Shown here in pieces: positions 51,247-64,000 of a stretch of DNA of 64,000 nt (positions are counted from its first letter, which is position 1; each line of letters begins with the position of its first letter). A model generated the notes under the pieces. The model was not told the DNA's origin, searched no databases, and saw only the letters and a list, made by a program, of their open reading frames with translations. Location: positions 35,340,001-35,404,000 of the forward strand of contig NC_043004.1 in NCBI RefSeq assembly GCF_006345805.1, given 5' to 3'. Made by a program: the position numbers and the translations under genes. This stretch comes from Octopus sinensis (lineage: Eukaryota).

Positions 51247-54200
51247 TGTGAGTGTGTGTATGTGCTTGCATGTTTTAATGTGTGTGTTTTTAATGGCTGT
51301 ACAAAGACATAAAAGGGAAAGTGATATGTTGTTTATATATACACCTGTGTGCGTACAGTGTTCAAATGATTTGAAATTAAACTCTGGAATCTACAATGTA
51401 TTTTGTATATTGAGCATCTCCCATTTGTCTGTGTGTGTAAGCATGTACGTGTGTGTGTGTCTGTTTCTCAGTGTGTATTGTACATGTATGTATATGGTCA
51501 TTGTTCTTAATATGTAGCATTCTGGTTACCCTTAATGCATTACGGCTACTTGAACCAACCTGACAAATGTAACCCTACAATAAAATGACATGGTAACAAT
51601 GAACAAAACTTTCTAAATGAGTAAGGAAAAGTTTGAACAAATCATATTTTGATGTGCAAATATACCTTATTTCCTAAAAATTTTTACATATTTCTCAAGT
51701 TTTAAAGAATTTCTCAAAGTGCTATTTTCGTTTTACCACTGTACAATGTTACTTATATCCCTGATCTCTGCCTTTTATATATTGGTGTTGTATTGTTTGG
51801 AAAATGTCTCACTACATAAAATGTTCACATTATTTTGATGTTTTAACATTCCTCTTTACCATCTATTAGTTGCAACAATTCCTTCTCAAAGTGAAAGATC
51901 TGAAAACTCCTCTGAGAATTGTTGCCATTAAATAAAAAACAAAAAAATTCAATATTTCCATATTCTATATTCAAATCCATACACTATTTTTTTTTTTATC
52001 ATTTTTTAGGAAACCAATCATACATTTTTTCCTTTTCAATGATTTTTGTAAGTTTTTTCCTTTTTTAATACATTATCACTTTTATATGCAAGCCTTTGTT
52101 CTTTGGAACTATTCAAGTTATCACTTTACTGTAGTGTATCTTGAGGCGATATGTTTTACCACTATCAGACCAATTGTGCCATATCAATGCACAAAACATG
52201 CAGAAACTTTTGCTACTTTATGAACTTTGCCCAACGAAACAAAACAGTTTTACAGCACCCAAGTGATTCCATGGTGTGTATTAATGTGAAAAGAATAACA
52301 TAATCCTTTTGTCACAGAGTTGATGAAATGGATTTCTCTGACAAATGCTAACATTTTATTATTCCCAGTTAATACTTATTTCTTATTTACAAGTTTTGAC
52401 AATAATTTTCAACAGACTACAAACTGTTGAATGTCATGCTATCTCCAGGTAAACAGCATTTATTTATTATATATGCTAGTTAGAACATACAAATGGTCTG
52501 TCAGTCTACATTAGGGCATAGTAATTTAATATTTCACCTTTCACTATGACTTTGTTACTACCCAAAATGTTGTGCAATACATTGGCTTCTGCTACCAGGC
52601 TGGGTTTTTTTTTCTGTTACTGCTACATAACCATTTCTTTTTTTTTTTTTTGCAGTGATAAGAGAGTAGGGTTTAAGACATGTTTATATTTACAATTATA
52701 AACATTATATTTGTAGTTATTATGGCATTAATACAGAATTTATTATTATGTTGTGTATATTTTTGAATATCATTATTTTTATTCAGCTTGCATTAATTGC
52801 TATTACAACTTCTACTGTGTTTTTTTTTCCTGCTGACATTCCAGCAGCTTGTGGTGACACCTGGCTGTCATTGAATTTTATATGATAACAAATTGAAATA
52901 GATTTAGGAAATTATTAGAAATTATGAGAAAACTCTTCTTCAGTTGAAATACCCAACTGACAAATGGTGAAAATTCCTCAACAAACTTACAACATCTACA
53001 CATCAGCACCATCTTGGAAATATTTTCTGCTCACATCTATATGGACATAAATTATAGCTTAGACATAAATAAAAATGATCAAACAAGCGCATGCACAAAG
53101 AAAGAAATCAGCAAATTGCATATATTGAATAAGAAAGATCAAATGCTAATGTATGTTGTTTATGTTTTCTCAAGAACATTAAGAAATGTGGGTAAATTAA
53201 AATGGCTGCATTCTGTTGAAAAACATTTGTTCTAAGAACATATATGCAAATATTTAAATTCTAAAATAGTTATTAGCCAACCTGAAAATGAATGTAAAAC
53301 TATTCCATGAGAATAGAGAAAAGAAGAAAAGTGAAAATATTCAGCAAAGGTGATGTTATGAAACATAGGAAAACCTTTCAACGGAAATGTGCTTAATGGC
53401 ATCTTTCTTTTCAAGAAACTATTCGTTTCCTTTGAGATCACTTAACAAGGTTCAAAAGTTAGTTTGATGTCACAGCTACATAAGGATCTCCTGCAATTCA
53501 AATACATGTTTATTTATTTCAACAAGTAAGCAATTCAACCTCTCTCTCCCCCAATTTCCTGTGTGTGTGTGTGTGTGTGCATGTGTTTGGATGTGTGTGT
53601 GTGCATGTGTTTGTGTGTGTGTGTGTGTGTGCATGTGTTCCTCTCTTATGTGCATAAATCTAAAAATGCAACATTAAATCTGCATGAATCAGTAACAAAG
53701 TGGATCAGAGTGTTACCACACATCAGAGTGTTAGAAAAAAAAATAATAAAAAAACAAGCTCCTAGTTTGAATACAAGTTGGCACTGCTGACATCTACTGA
53801 AATAAGGGAGAGTTGAGGTCAAGGGAAAGAAGAGGAGAGAACATTGAGTAAAAGAAGTGGGGAAGGTGTGGAAGAAGAGAGAATAATGATAAAGAGGGAA
53901 GGAAAAGATAAAGCAAGAGGAAGATGTTTGAGACAATATTTCTGAGAAAGTCATTAGATTTCTCAAACCTAAGTTAGCCAGTGTACAGAAAGCAAGAATA
54001 TCTACTGGAAATAAGAAAGCAATAAATGTTGAAATCATCAGAGAATATTCTGTAATTTGTTTAATAGAGAACTTGTCATGTTCTTCAACAATTGATGAAC
54101 AAAATTTTGTGGTTCTATCGATATGAGGTGTGAAATTAATCTCAACCTGAAGTACTTTAAAACAGAAACCAAACAGCAACCAGAGAGGAAGAGAGAAAGT

Positions 54201-55070
54201 AATAAAGAAAGGATGTGAGTGTGTGTGAGTGAGAGAGAGAGAGAGAGAGAAAGAAAGAGAGAGTGTGTGTGTGTGAGTGTGTGTGTGTGTGTGTAGGTCA
54301 GTCTTGTACTGGTTCCATAGTATTTCTCATGCTGCTGACATAAATTGCAATGCTGTCTACAGGAGTAAAGTTTCTACTCTCTTTATAACTGACTGTACTC
54401 CTTTCACAAATTGATCAACCATATATTAGAAGTGACATTTGATGTCTTCTTAGCAAACAGAGCTTTGTGCCATATATATAGTAAAAACATACTGACACCT
54501 ACCAAGTTGTCATTTCACAGCAACAAGTTCAGCAGTCTGTCACATTCTACATTCTACAGTTATTGTATTTATAAACAATGGAACTAAGTTTTTTTTTTTT
54601 TATCTTTGTCTTTGTTTCCAGCTCAACAAGATGCCTTAAAGGATCCGACTGGTTTAGAAAGAAAGATCCAATGGCTTCAGGTAGATGTCAGGGACACCGG
54701 AAGTTAGAGAGGAAAGCTACCACAATGATGCCTAATCATTTGAGGGGATATGGCATTAATGGGGTTTATGAGAGAAGTTAATTATTAAAGATGATGTCGC
54801 TTATCTAAGTAAATTACTTAGATACACTTAGGCAGGGTGTGCAGTTAAGGAGTTTTGCTTCTTAACGATATGGCTTTCGGTACTGTTCTGTTGTGCCTCA
54901 CTCTGGGCAAGCGTCTTCTGTTATGGCCCCATGCCAACCTGTGCCTTGTGAGTAAATCTGGTAGATGGAAACAGTATAAAGCCTGTCATATATGCATGCA
55001 TGTATGTATGTATGTATGTATCTATCTATCTATCTATCTACACACATGTACACAGGTGTGTGTGTGTATG

Positions 55071-55131
<61 letters not shown>

Positions 55132-55335
55132 GTATGTATGTATGTATGTATCTATCTATCTATATAGGCTGACTACAAAGGAGGGATGCTAGAGCTGTGG
55201 AACCTTGCATGCGTTAATTTCGGCTCTTATTAATAACTGGTTTGTTTCTTAACAGGAACACTGACATCTGACTGTTCAAAGAAGACTTCAGAATTAACTT
55301 ATAGCAACTTCTCTTTAAAATGGACAGACTTTAAA

Positions 55336-55560
55336 ATGGACAGACTTTGGCATCAAGTACTTGCAGAAAAAGGGTTTAGCTCCTAAGGATTCATGCTGAT
55401 ATGGTTGCTACATAGCACGAAGCTCCAGATATATAAAAGCAGTGCAATTGTGGGCAACTGAATTTAGGAGGGAAAGGGAGTCTTGAAGATAACCCAGGGT
55501 CTAGACATCCTGCTAATGTCACCAGTAAGGAAAACATCGATTGTGTTCACCACATGGTGA
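55336..55560 (+). pseudogene. Mariner transposase N-terminal HTH relic
   Basis: Frameshifted IKYLQKKGLAPK..HADMVAT...VQLWATEFRRE..SLEDNP.S..P......ENIDCVHHMV. Confidence 0.7.
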
Positions 55561-55645
55561 ACTTAGAACCTTGGGCTTAGTAGCCCACACTCTTAACCAT
55601 TGCGCCATATGCCCATGAGCAATTAAAGAGTAAATTTTAGGGCTT

Positions 55646-56190
55646 ATCATCATCATCATCGTTTAACGTCCGCTTTCCATGCTAGCATGGGTTGGACGGT
55701 TCACTTTGGGTCTGGCAAGCCCGAAGGCTGCACCAGGCCAGTCAGATCTGGCAGTGTTTCTACAGCTGGATGCCCTTCCTAACGCCAACCACTCCGAGAG
55801 TGTAGTGGGTGATTTTATGTGCCACCGACACAGGTGCCAGACGAGGCTGGCAGACGGCCACGCTCGGATGGTGTTTTTTATGTGCCACCGACACAGGTGC
55901 CAGACGAGGCTGGCAGACGGCCACGCTCGGATGGTGTTTTCTTATGTGCCACCGACACAGGTGCCAGACGAGGCTGGCGAACGGCCACGCTCGGATGGTG
56001 TTTGTTACGTGCCCTCAGCACGGAGGCCAGTCGATGCGGTACTGGCTACGGTCACGTTCGGATGGTTTTCTTATGTGCCACCGGCACTGGTACCACAAGG
56101 ATACATATTCCATTCATGTTCATCTATTTTGATTTGGTTTGATTTGATTTGATTTGATTTTCACTTGCCTCAACAGGTCTTCACAAGTGT
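55646..56190 (-). mobile_element. Young family E element with internal repeats of about 62 bp (x3 near-identical)
   Basis: (CAT)n and RTE-type tail on the minus strand; CpG-rich unit tatgtgccaccgacacaggtgccagacgaggctggc repeated. Confidence 0.9.
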
Positions 56191-56489
56191 CACAAGAAGG
56201 AATCTAAATATTGTGTTCTAGCATATGTGCTGCCTCTTAGTTTCCATATTTTCCAGTGGTGTTCTCTGTGTATTATTTTAACTTCATCCCGCAGGAGAAG
56301 ATGGTCTCCATTTTTTCTGAAGTTAAAATAATAAACAGAGAGCACCACTGGAAAATATGGAAACTAAAAGAGACAGCACATATGCTAGGACACAATAACC
56401 TCTTATGCAGACCTACTGCAGATATGTGTAGAATATGGGAAGGATACAAAAATATTAGGTTTATAAACCCTAAAATTCACTCTATAATT

Positions 56490-56745
56490 TCCCATAGGCA
56501 TATAGTTTAATGGTTAAGAGTGTGGGCTACTAACCCCAAAATTCCAAGTTCAATTCCAGGTAGTGCCTTGAATAAATAATAATAATAATAATACTAGTAA
56601 CATCAGCAAAAAATATCTTAGGGCTGGGTTAAAAATTCCACCAGGACACCTGATGAAGGTGCCAGAGTAAATCAGGCAAAACATTATGGTAACAACATAC
56701 ATGATGAGGACACATATACATCCAATGTAAATAATGAACATAATA
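56490..56745 (+). mobile_element. Element with tRNA-like segment, (AAT)n and a degenerate hammerhead-like motif
   Basis: GGCATATAGTTTAATGGTTAAGAG...AGTTCAATTCC, then (AAT)n, then acac-CTGATGA-aggtgcc...ggc-AAAAC. An inverted partner lies at 55560-55647. Confidence 0.55.
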
Positions 56746-58156
56746 TCAAGTATCTTGTTCTGGAATATGGTATATAACATCAGAATGGATTGTAATATGG
56801 AGGGCATATTTCTAAACTCAGTGTAGTAATGTCCTTGTCCCCTATTTCCTTGACACACGGATATTTCATGGCATATTATTAGGTTATTAAGCTTATTTAT
56901 CCCTAACAGGAACCCTATTAAGCTGATGTCAGCTCAAGGTTTACCGATTTTTCAAAGTTTCCACCGTGATTCTCAATCAATTATGAAAATCTGATTCCAT
57001 AGCTGTAAAGGATTTCCTTTTTCATGCCATGGATATATATTCAGCCATTCCTGACTTAGATGTTCTTCCTCTCATTAAGGCATTTTTTTTAACCTTTAAG
57101 GGCTTCACGGTTTTTGTCTGTTTGTTTGTTTGTTTTGTTGTTTTTTTTTGTTTTGTTTCTCTTATAAACCTTTTGCAAATGCATGGACTATTATAGATGC
57201 AGTTCTTATGCTGCAGCTATTCCTGGATATGTTTAGCATTGGTGAGGAATCTAAAAGTGTGGCGTTACTTTTGAACATAGTTCTGATGTTATTCAGGATG
57301 CATATTTCTCTGAAGAAAAATAGAAACAATAAGAAGAAGAAGCAGATGAAAAAATGTGGAGAAAATGCAAAATAAAAAGAAGAAATGAAACCCAACAAAT
57401 TAAAGAAGAGGAATAAAAAGGACATGCGAAAGTGTGAGAAGGAGAGATGGTAACAAGGAGGATAAAGTAGATGAAAGCAAAGGAATGAATCGCAAATAGA
57501 TGCATGAAAAATATAAACTATATAACTAATAGGATAATGGAGGGGAAACTAAAATCAAGAAAAATAAATACGGGAGAGACAAGAGGGAATAAAAGAAAGC
57601 TTTATAAAGAAGAATGAGATACACAATAAGAAGAATACAATGAAACAAAAGGTGTAGAAAAGAAGATAAAGATGTGGGGTGGGGGTTGTTTGAAGAAATA
57701 ATGGGGAGAATAGGTGAGAATTAAAATTAAAGATGTTTCTCTTTCCACCCTCTGGTTGAGTTATAAATTACTTATTCCTAATTAAATTTGGTTAATTATC
57801 ATCAAAAATCAAGAACAAGTGATGGATATGTTGATTAAGATTTATATCAAACAATTCGCAATGTGTATATATGTTGATATATTTTATATGAAATATTTCA
57901 CAGTGTGTTAGCGTTCTGTTGTATGTATTAAACAGTTCAATACTCTAAGTATTGGAAATACAGATTAATGTGGACTGAGATCAATTTGTCTTCTGAGAGT
58001 TGTGGAAGAAGGATTGGCTCCAATAAAGTTCATTCCTGAAACACAATACCTTACAAGACTCAACATTGAATTTATGTTTTGAGTATGAACTAAGACATGC
58101 TGAGACACTGATGTTCTAGTGACACACATATCTATTTTAATATAGAGGCACCAATA

Positions 58157-58370
58157 AGGCAGCGAGCGGGCAGAAATGTTAGCATACTGGGCGAAATGCT
58201 TGGTGGTATTTCATCTGTCTTTACATTCTGAGTTCAAATTCCGCTGAGGTCAACTCTGCCTTTCATCCTTTCGGGGTCAATAAATTAGGTACTAGTTGCA
58301 TACTGGGGTTGCTCTAGTTGACTGGTTCCCTCCCCACAAATTTCGGGCCTTGTGCCTAGAGTAGAAAAGA
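58157..58370 (+). mobile_element. SINE family F
   Basis: GGCAGCGAGCGGGCAGAAATGTTAGC...GAGTTCAAATTCC...TTCATCCTTTCGGGGTC. Confidence 0.85.
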
Positions 58371-59492
58371 ATATAGAATCACCAATGGGAACCAGTTGTT
58401 ATCTGCATTATACAGAGTGGTTATAAAGCCAGGTATTATATTAATATAACTCAGAGGAATACAGAAAGGTGTGTAGGAGTAATTACCTGATTGTTCCAAG
58501 AAAACAAATCCATTTAAATCAGAAATAAGTTTGAAAGGAAACTGGAAGTTCAACAAAATAGGGCAGATGGATAAAACAAGGTAAATTACTGAATAAATTG
58601 AAATGAGTTGGTTCTAATGAAGGAAGAAGTAGACATCCAAATATGTCAGATGGTATGATGATGAGTTCTGTGGATTAAATCATTTAGGAAAATCCATGAA
58701 TGACACTTTGTGCAGAAGCAGAATGTAGATTCGATCAACGAAAGACAAAGAATTTCTGAAAGTTCATTAGTGTCAAAACGACAACCATTTGCAGGTTCTA
58801 CACAATTTGTGAGATAACTCTTGCTACACACTTCACCATATTCATCTTAAAGTGCAGCAAAAGGAAAAGAAAATTCTTTAATTGAAATAGTACCTGATAG
58901 TACCTGACTTTATGTCCATCCTGTATGTTGAAGAATAACTTATGTTAAATGCTATTACAGAATCTAGTTTACAGCTTATCTCTGTTGAGCTCAAATATGA
59001 TGGTTTACAGCATTTGTATAAAGTCCTTGACAAGAAAGTAGCATCTGTTCTGGCAGAGACTTGGGTCGATTAGCATGGGTTGTTTGTTTATCTTTTAATC
59101 ATGAGAGAAAGCCGAATCCATGATCTGTCAGATGGCTTTGAGGTCGATAAAAAAGTACTAATCCATGGTACTCTAGGCACAAGGGCTGAAATTTGGGCGG
59201 AGGGGGGACAGTCGATTAGAATATGGGGAAGTGTGTAGCAAGAGTAATCTCGCAAATTGTATAGTTAGGTAGGAAGGATTGTCAAAATGGAAACCCACCC
59301 TGAAGGCTTGCAACAAAGGAGAATCTGCTAAAAACATCCAAGTTGCCATGTGGTGGTGTTGAACCAACAAGTTGAGTTAAATAACCAAAGCAGGCCTGGG
59401 TGGGATTTGAACTCAGAGCCAAAAGAGCCAGAATGAATATCACAATCCTCCTATCTGGCATCCTCATAGTTCTGCTAGTCCTCTTCCATGAA

Positions 59493-59706
59493 AAGGCGGC
59501 AAGCTGGCAGGAACGTTAGCAAGCCGGGCAAAATGCTTGGTAGCATTTCGTCTGTCTTTACATTCTGAGTTCAAATTCTGCCAAGGTCGACTTTGCCTTT
59601 CATCTTTTGGGGGTCGATAAATTAAGTACCAGTTGTATAATGGGGTTGATCTAATCAACTGGCCACTCTCCCCCCAAATTTCAGCCCTTGTGCCTAGATT
59701 AGAAAA
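59493..59706 (+). mobile_element. SINE family F
   Basis: Same head, core and tail as 58157-58370. Confidence 0.85.
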
Positions 59707-60664
59707 GTCCTCTACCTTGGATTAGTACTTTTTTATCGACCTCAAAAGAATGAAAGGCAAATTTGACATAACTAGGATTTGAACTCAGAGAATCCGTCCG
59801 TTTGAAGCAACTATTTTCTTTCTTCTTATCTCTTTTATTACATTCAATAATCTTCGATCAGATGTTTTCATAGACGTCTTTAGTACCTTACTGTGTTTAT
59901 TAGTGTTATAAGTACAGCCTATCTTTGATTTATACCAGTGGTTTTATTGTTAAAATTAGCACAATTTATTCACATAACCTTTTACTTCTCTCCTGTGATG
60001 TAGTGACCTTCTTTCTGAACACCCTTGTGCACAACCTTCTTCATGAAGTAACTGCGTGGATCCAATGGATCTTGCTCAGTCGATTTATTTTCAGCAGTTT
60101 TAGAGCTCTGTGATAGCATTAGATAAAAATATTGGAGTTATGAATGAAATAGAGCTTCTCAAGTTCAACCCAATATCAAGCAAAGAAATAAAATAACTAT
60201 GGTGCAAGATAATATAACGAGAAACAGTTTAGAAATGTAGGATTTCACACGCGCACAAACACACACACACACACGCACTTGTGCGCACGACACACAAATG
60301 AAATGAAATGGTCTGGGAATTTTTCCATCAAGGAAATTTATATTTCATAAATTTCCCAAAAATCTTATCATCAATCAAGTTGTTATTAATGTAACGATTT
60401 CATTGTATTACTGAGTGAAGAGGAAGTGAAGGGGAACCGGTTTTATATATAATATAAACACATATAATGGAACTCAACATGGCAGTTTGACTCCCAGATA
60501 TTCTTAGAATATATTCTTAAATATGTATTCAACAATCCATCAATTTTACCTTCAATGTAAAAACAAAATGCCAAAAAGAAAATATTCACAAAAGATATAT
60601 TCCATTTGTGTATGAAATTCTTCATATACATGAGTGACTGTACAGCCATCTTTGCTTAGAAACA

Positions 60665-60727
<63 letters not shown>

Positions 60728-60786
60728 TTATCTATCTATCTATTTATCTGTCTGTCTATCTATCTGTCTGTCTGTCTGCCTGTCTA

Positions 60787-60853
<67 letters not shown>

Positions 60854-60950
60854 GTCTTTCTGTCTATCTATCTGTCTGTCTGTCTATCTATCTACCTGTC
60901 TGTCTGCCTATCTGTTTATCTGTCTACCTGTTTAGCTGTTTGTTTGTCTG
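60665..60950. repeat. (TATC)/(TGTC)n microsatellite
   Basis: Read directly. Confidence 0.95.
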
Positions 60951-61174
60951 CATACATATATATACACACATATATATGCATATAATTAAAGTGAGGAAAG
61001 ATAACAGTGAGTATATCAGAGCAAAAACAATGATTTAGGTGTTCATCTTTTTATTTTACTGTATTTTATGTAGAGAGCTTCTACATGGTTGATCCATATC
61101 CTAGAAATAGCGAAACCTCCCTTAAATCACACTCTAATGTCTTTAAAGATGGAATGATACTATATATATATATA

Positions 61175-61839
61175 TAGGGTGCAGTGAATAATCATTGCCT
61201 TCAGTTCATCTTTGGTGTTACAAGGAGTTTCGTTGCTCTCTCACTCAACTGCACCTCACACATAATCAAGGGAGTTGAAGTGTGGGGAGTTAGGTGGCCA
61301 GATGTTAGGGGTGATGTGGTCGCAGAAATTACCTGACACCCATGACTGGGTTCCCCTGCTTGTGTAACATGGTGCAGAGTCCTGTTGCGAGACACAGGGT
61401 CTTCCAGCAGCCAACCTCTTCACCCAGAGCAGCACTACCTCCTCCAGGCACTTGATGTAGGCCTCCGTGCTGAGTCTGAGGCTATGTAGGAAGATGAATG
61501 GAGGCATAACGTTCCTATCACTAGTGATCATACCAAACACCATGATGTTGATTGGATGCTTGATTTTTATCACTCTCAGTTCATGTCTTCAGACAGCATT
61601 GTCCTCAAATTGACACCTAAACACTCTGAAATGTTTGTATTGGAGCTTCCAGTGCAAATGCCAAGCAGTACAGCATGTTGTTTCCAAATTTCTGGAGAGT
61701 GAATTGCAGCATGGTGATGTTTTTCTCACAGACAGTGCCCAACTGATCCTACTCTACTGTGTAGTTGACAAAATCAAAAACAATGTGCATGCACGAAATT
61801 ACAAATATAAAATATGGACAATTTACCCATTGCACCCTA
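61175..61839 (-). mobile_element. Internally deleted DD37D (maT-like) transposon
   Basis: TIRs TAGGGTGCAGTG / CATTGCACCCTA in TA context. ORF 61256..61573 has QQDSAP...WPPNSPHFNSLDY, with 37 residues between the two Asp. Confidence 0.85.
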
Positions 61840-61842
61840 TAT

Positions 61843-61990
61843 ATAGTCAAATGCTATAAAGGTAAAGGTGATGCATTATATATAAATAATTACAGAGGTA
61901 TCAAATTGTTGGATCAGGTAATGACAGTCACAGAGAGGGTCATAGCCCAACTAATTAGAAACAGAGTTAGTTTAGACGTGATGCACTTTG
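61843..61990 (+). pseudogene. RTE LINE reverse transcriptase fragment
   Basis: IVKCYKGKGDALYINNYRGIKLLDQVMTVTERVI...MHFG, matching the non-LTR RT motif KGD....NYRGI.LL. Confidence 0.8.
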
Positions 61991-62120
61991 GCACATAAAA
62001 AGTCCTTAGTCAAATTGTCCAGCCCATGCCAGCAGGGAAAGCGGATATATGATGATGATGACATACATATATATACACATGTATACATACATATATATGT
62101 ATATACAAAGATATACACAT

Positions 62121-62181
<61 letters not shown>

Positions 62182-62764
62182 CACATACATACACACATAT
62201 ATATATACACATACATTATATATATATATATACACACACACACATATATATATACACATACATTATATATATATATATACACACACACACATATATATAT
62301 CCATATATACATAGTGAAACTATTAAAAGGGAAAGAATAAAAGTGAAACTATTAAAAGTGAAACAATATAAAAATGAAACTATTTATAATTTACTCCAAA
62401 GGCTTCACTTTTATTTCTCAAGTTTTGAGACATAATACAGAACTACTGCCAATGTTGCATAGCTTTTATCCCATAAAATTACATGTTGACACTTATGGGG
62501 CCTCATAGTATTACCGTGTAAAATTTGATTTGATTTGAATAGAGAATGCATTAGAAAGAGACAGGGATTAAAAAAGTATGGAAGATCCTACAGACAAAAA
62601 AAACTATGTCCATTTAAGTCCATTTACGTGAGAGCTCTAGGCAGAATGTTATAGTGCATGACCATCCTTGGGACATAAGTAATGTGTGTGTAAAGTTTGG
62701 TGGAAATTGGTTGAGAATTGTGAAAATGTATGTGTTAGTCATTATATACATGCATACTGTGATT

Positions 62765-63071
<307 letters not shown>

Positions 63072-64000
63072 TCATTCTCCTCCTCCTCATCATTATTTTA
63101 ATGTTCCCTTTTCTATGCCAACATGGATTAGACGAAGCTTATTGAGATAGATTTTCCACAGTGAAATGCCCTTCCTGTTGGCAACCTTTACCTTCTTCCT
63201 CATCACCAGACATGTCTTTGTAGATTAATAGAAATCAATGACACTGCCTATACAACAGTGGAAATCATTTACAACAATCAAATGATATCAAGACTAAGAA
63301 ACAGTGAAACACACACACACATAGTTCCTCTTGCAAGCTACCACAATGGTTCAATGAAGGGTGATACTTATACTCAGACAAGTAGCCTGAACCAAAGTAA
63401 TAAGCATTTACACAGAAGCTGTGGGGTACCACTTGCATATTTTACAGCATACAAGTTGATGCAGAATAAAGTATAAACATGTTCTGTTAACATTTTAACA
63501 TCATTACTATCTTTCCAAATCTTGCAGCACTTCACCTGGAATTATAGGTCCTCCAAGATGACAATGCAGTCCGATGTCATCTTGGTGTCTAAGTCAACCC
63601 ACTTTGTTTTGCTGTAAAAATTTGGTCTGAAAAATTTGACTTGAATACCAGAAAATACAGTATATAATTTAAAAACTTCACAGCTTTATCAACAAAGAAT
63701 CAGCGCAACTGATGTAGAGACAAGGTTGTCAAATAAAGTGGGTTACATTACATTATTATTTCCTATATTATTAAGTTCAAATCCTCTGGATTAGATTTTA
63801 TTTCATGTTTGGGCAAGGCTCATAATTCTAAGTGCTTCAATTGACTTAAAGATCAACAAAATGTAACAAACTTTGGAGAATATTATCCATAATAGACAAG
63901 TGTATTATCCAAAGTGAGAGTCATCAACCACTATCCACTTAAAAACATGAAACCAAAACTAAATACCAACACTAGTAAGCCCCGTCCCCACTCCAGAGGA

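Noticed and set aside
55809-56142. CRISPR-like or repeat-protein appearance of the repeats of about 62 bp
   Set aside because: The units are contiguous with no unique spacers, lie inside a family E retroelement, and the context is eukaryotic with no cas genes.

Overview
AT-rich, microsatellite-dense animal DNA that is intergenic or intronic. The SINE, mariner and simple-repeat content strongly suggests an octopus (coleoid cephalopod) genome; this is an inference. I found no credible host protein-coding gene, and nearly all ORF-track entries are microsatellite or repeat artefacts. The window holds several tRNA-derived SINE families, Tc1/mariner relics (D,D34D mariner and DD37D maT-like) and MITEs, a Helitron/Helentron-like element, and non-LTR relics (RTE, CR1, R4/Dong-like and HERO/NeSL-like REL types, and a Penelope-like RT-thumb/GIY-YIG fragment). 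The main discovery is a set of at least five sequence-unrelated, non-coding elements carrying type I hammerhead ribozyme motifs with a palindromic helix III and a GUA cleavage site. Two are young, near-identical tandem arrays of about 550-nt and 546-nt monomers (4561-5922 and 6017-8431). Both arrays are head-to-head inverted, inserted in (TA)n, and share a structured 3' module ending in CCCTCAATT. They look like a retrozyme-like or Penelope-pLTR-derived circular RNA system.
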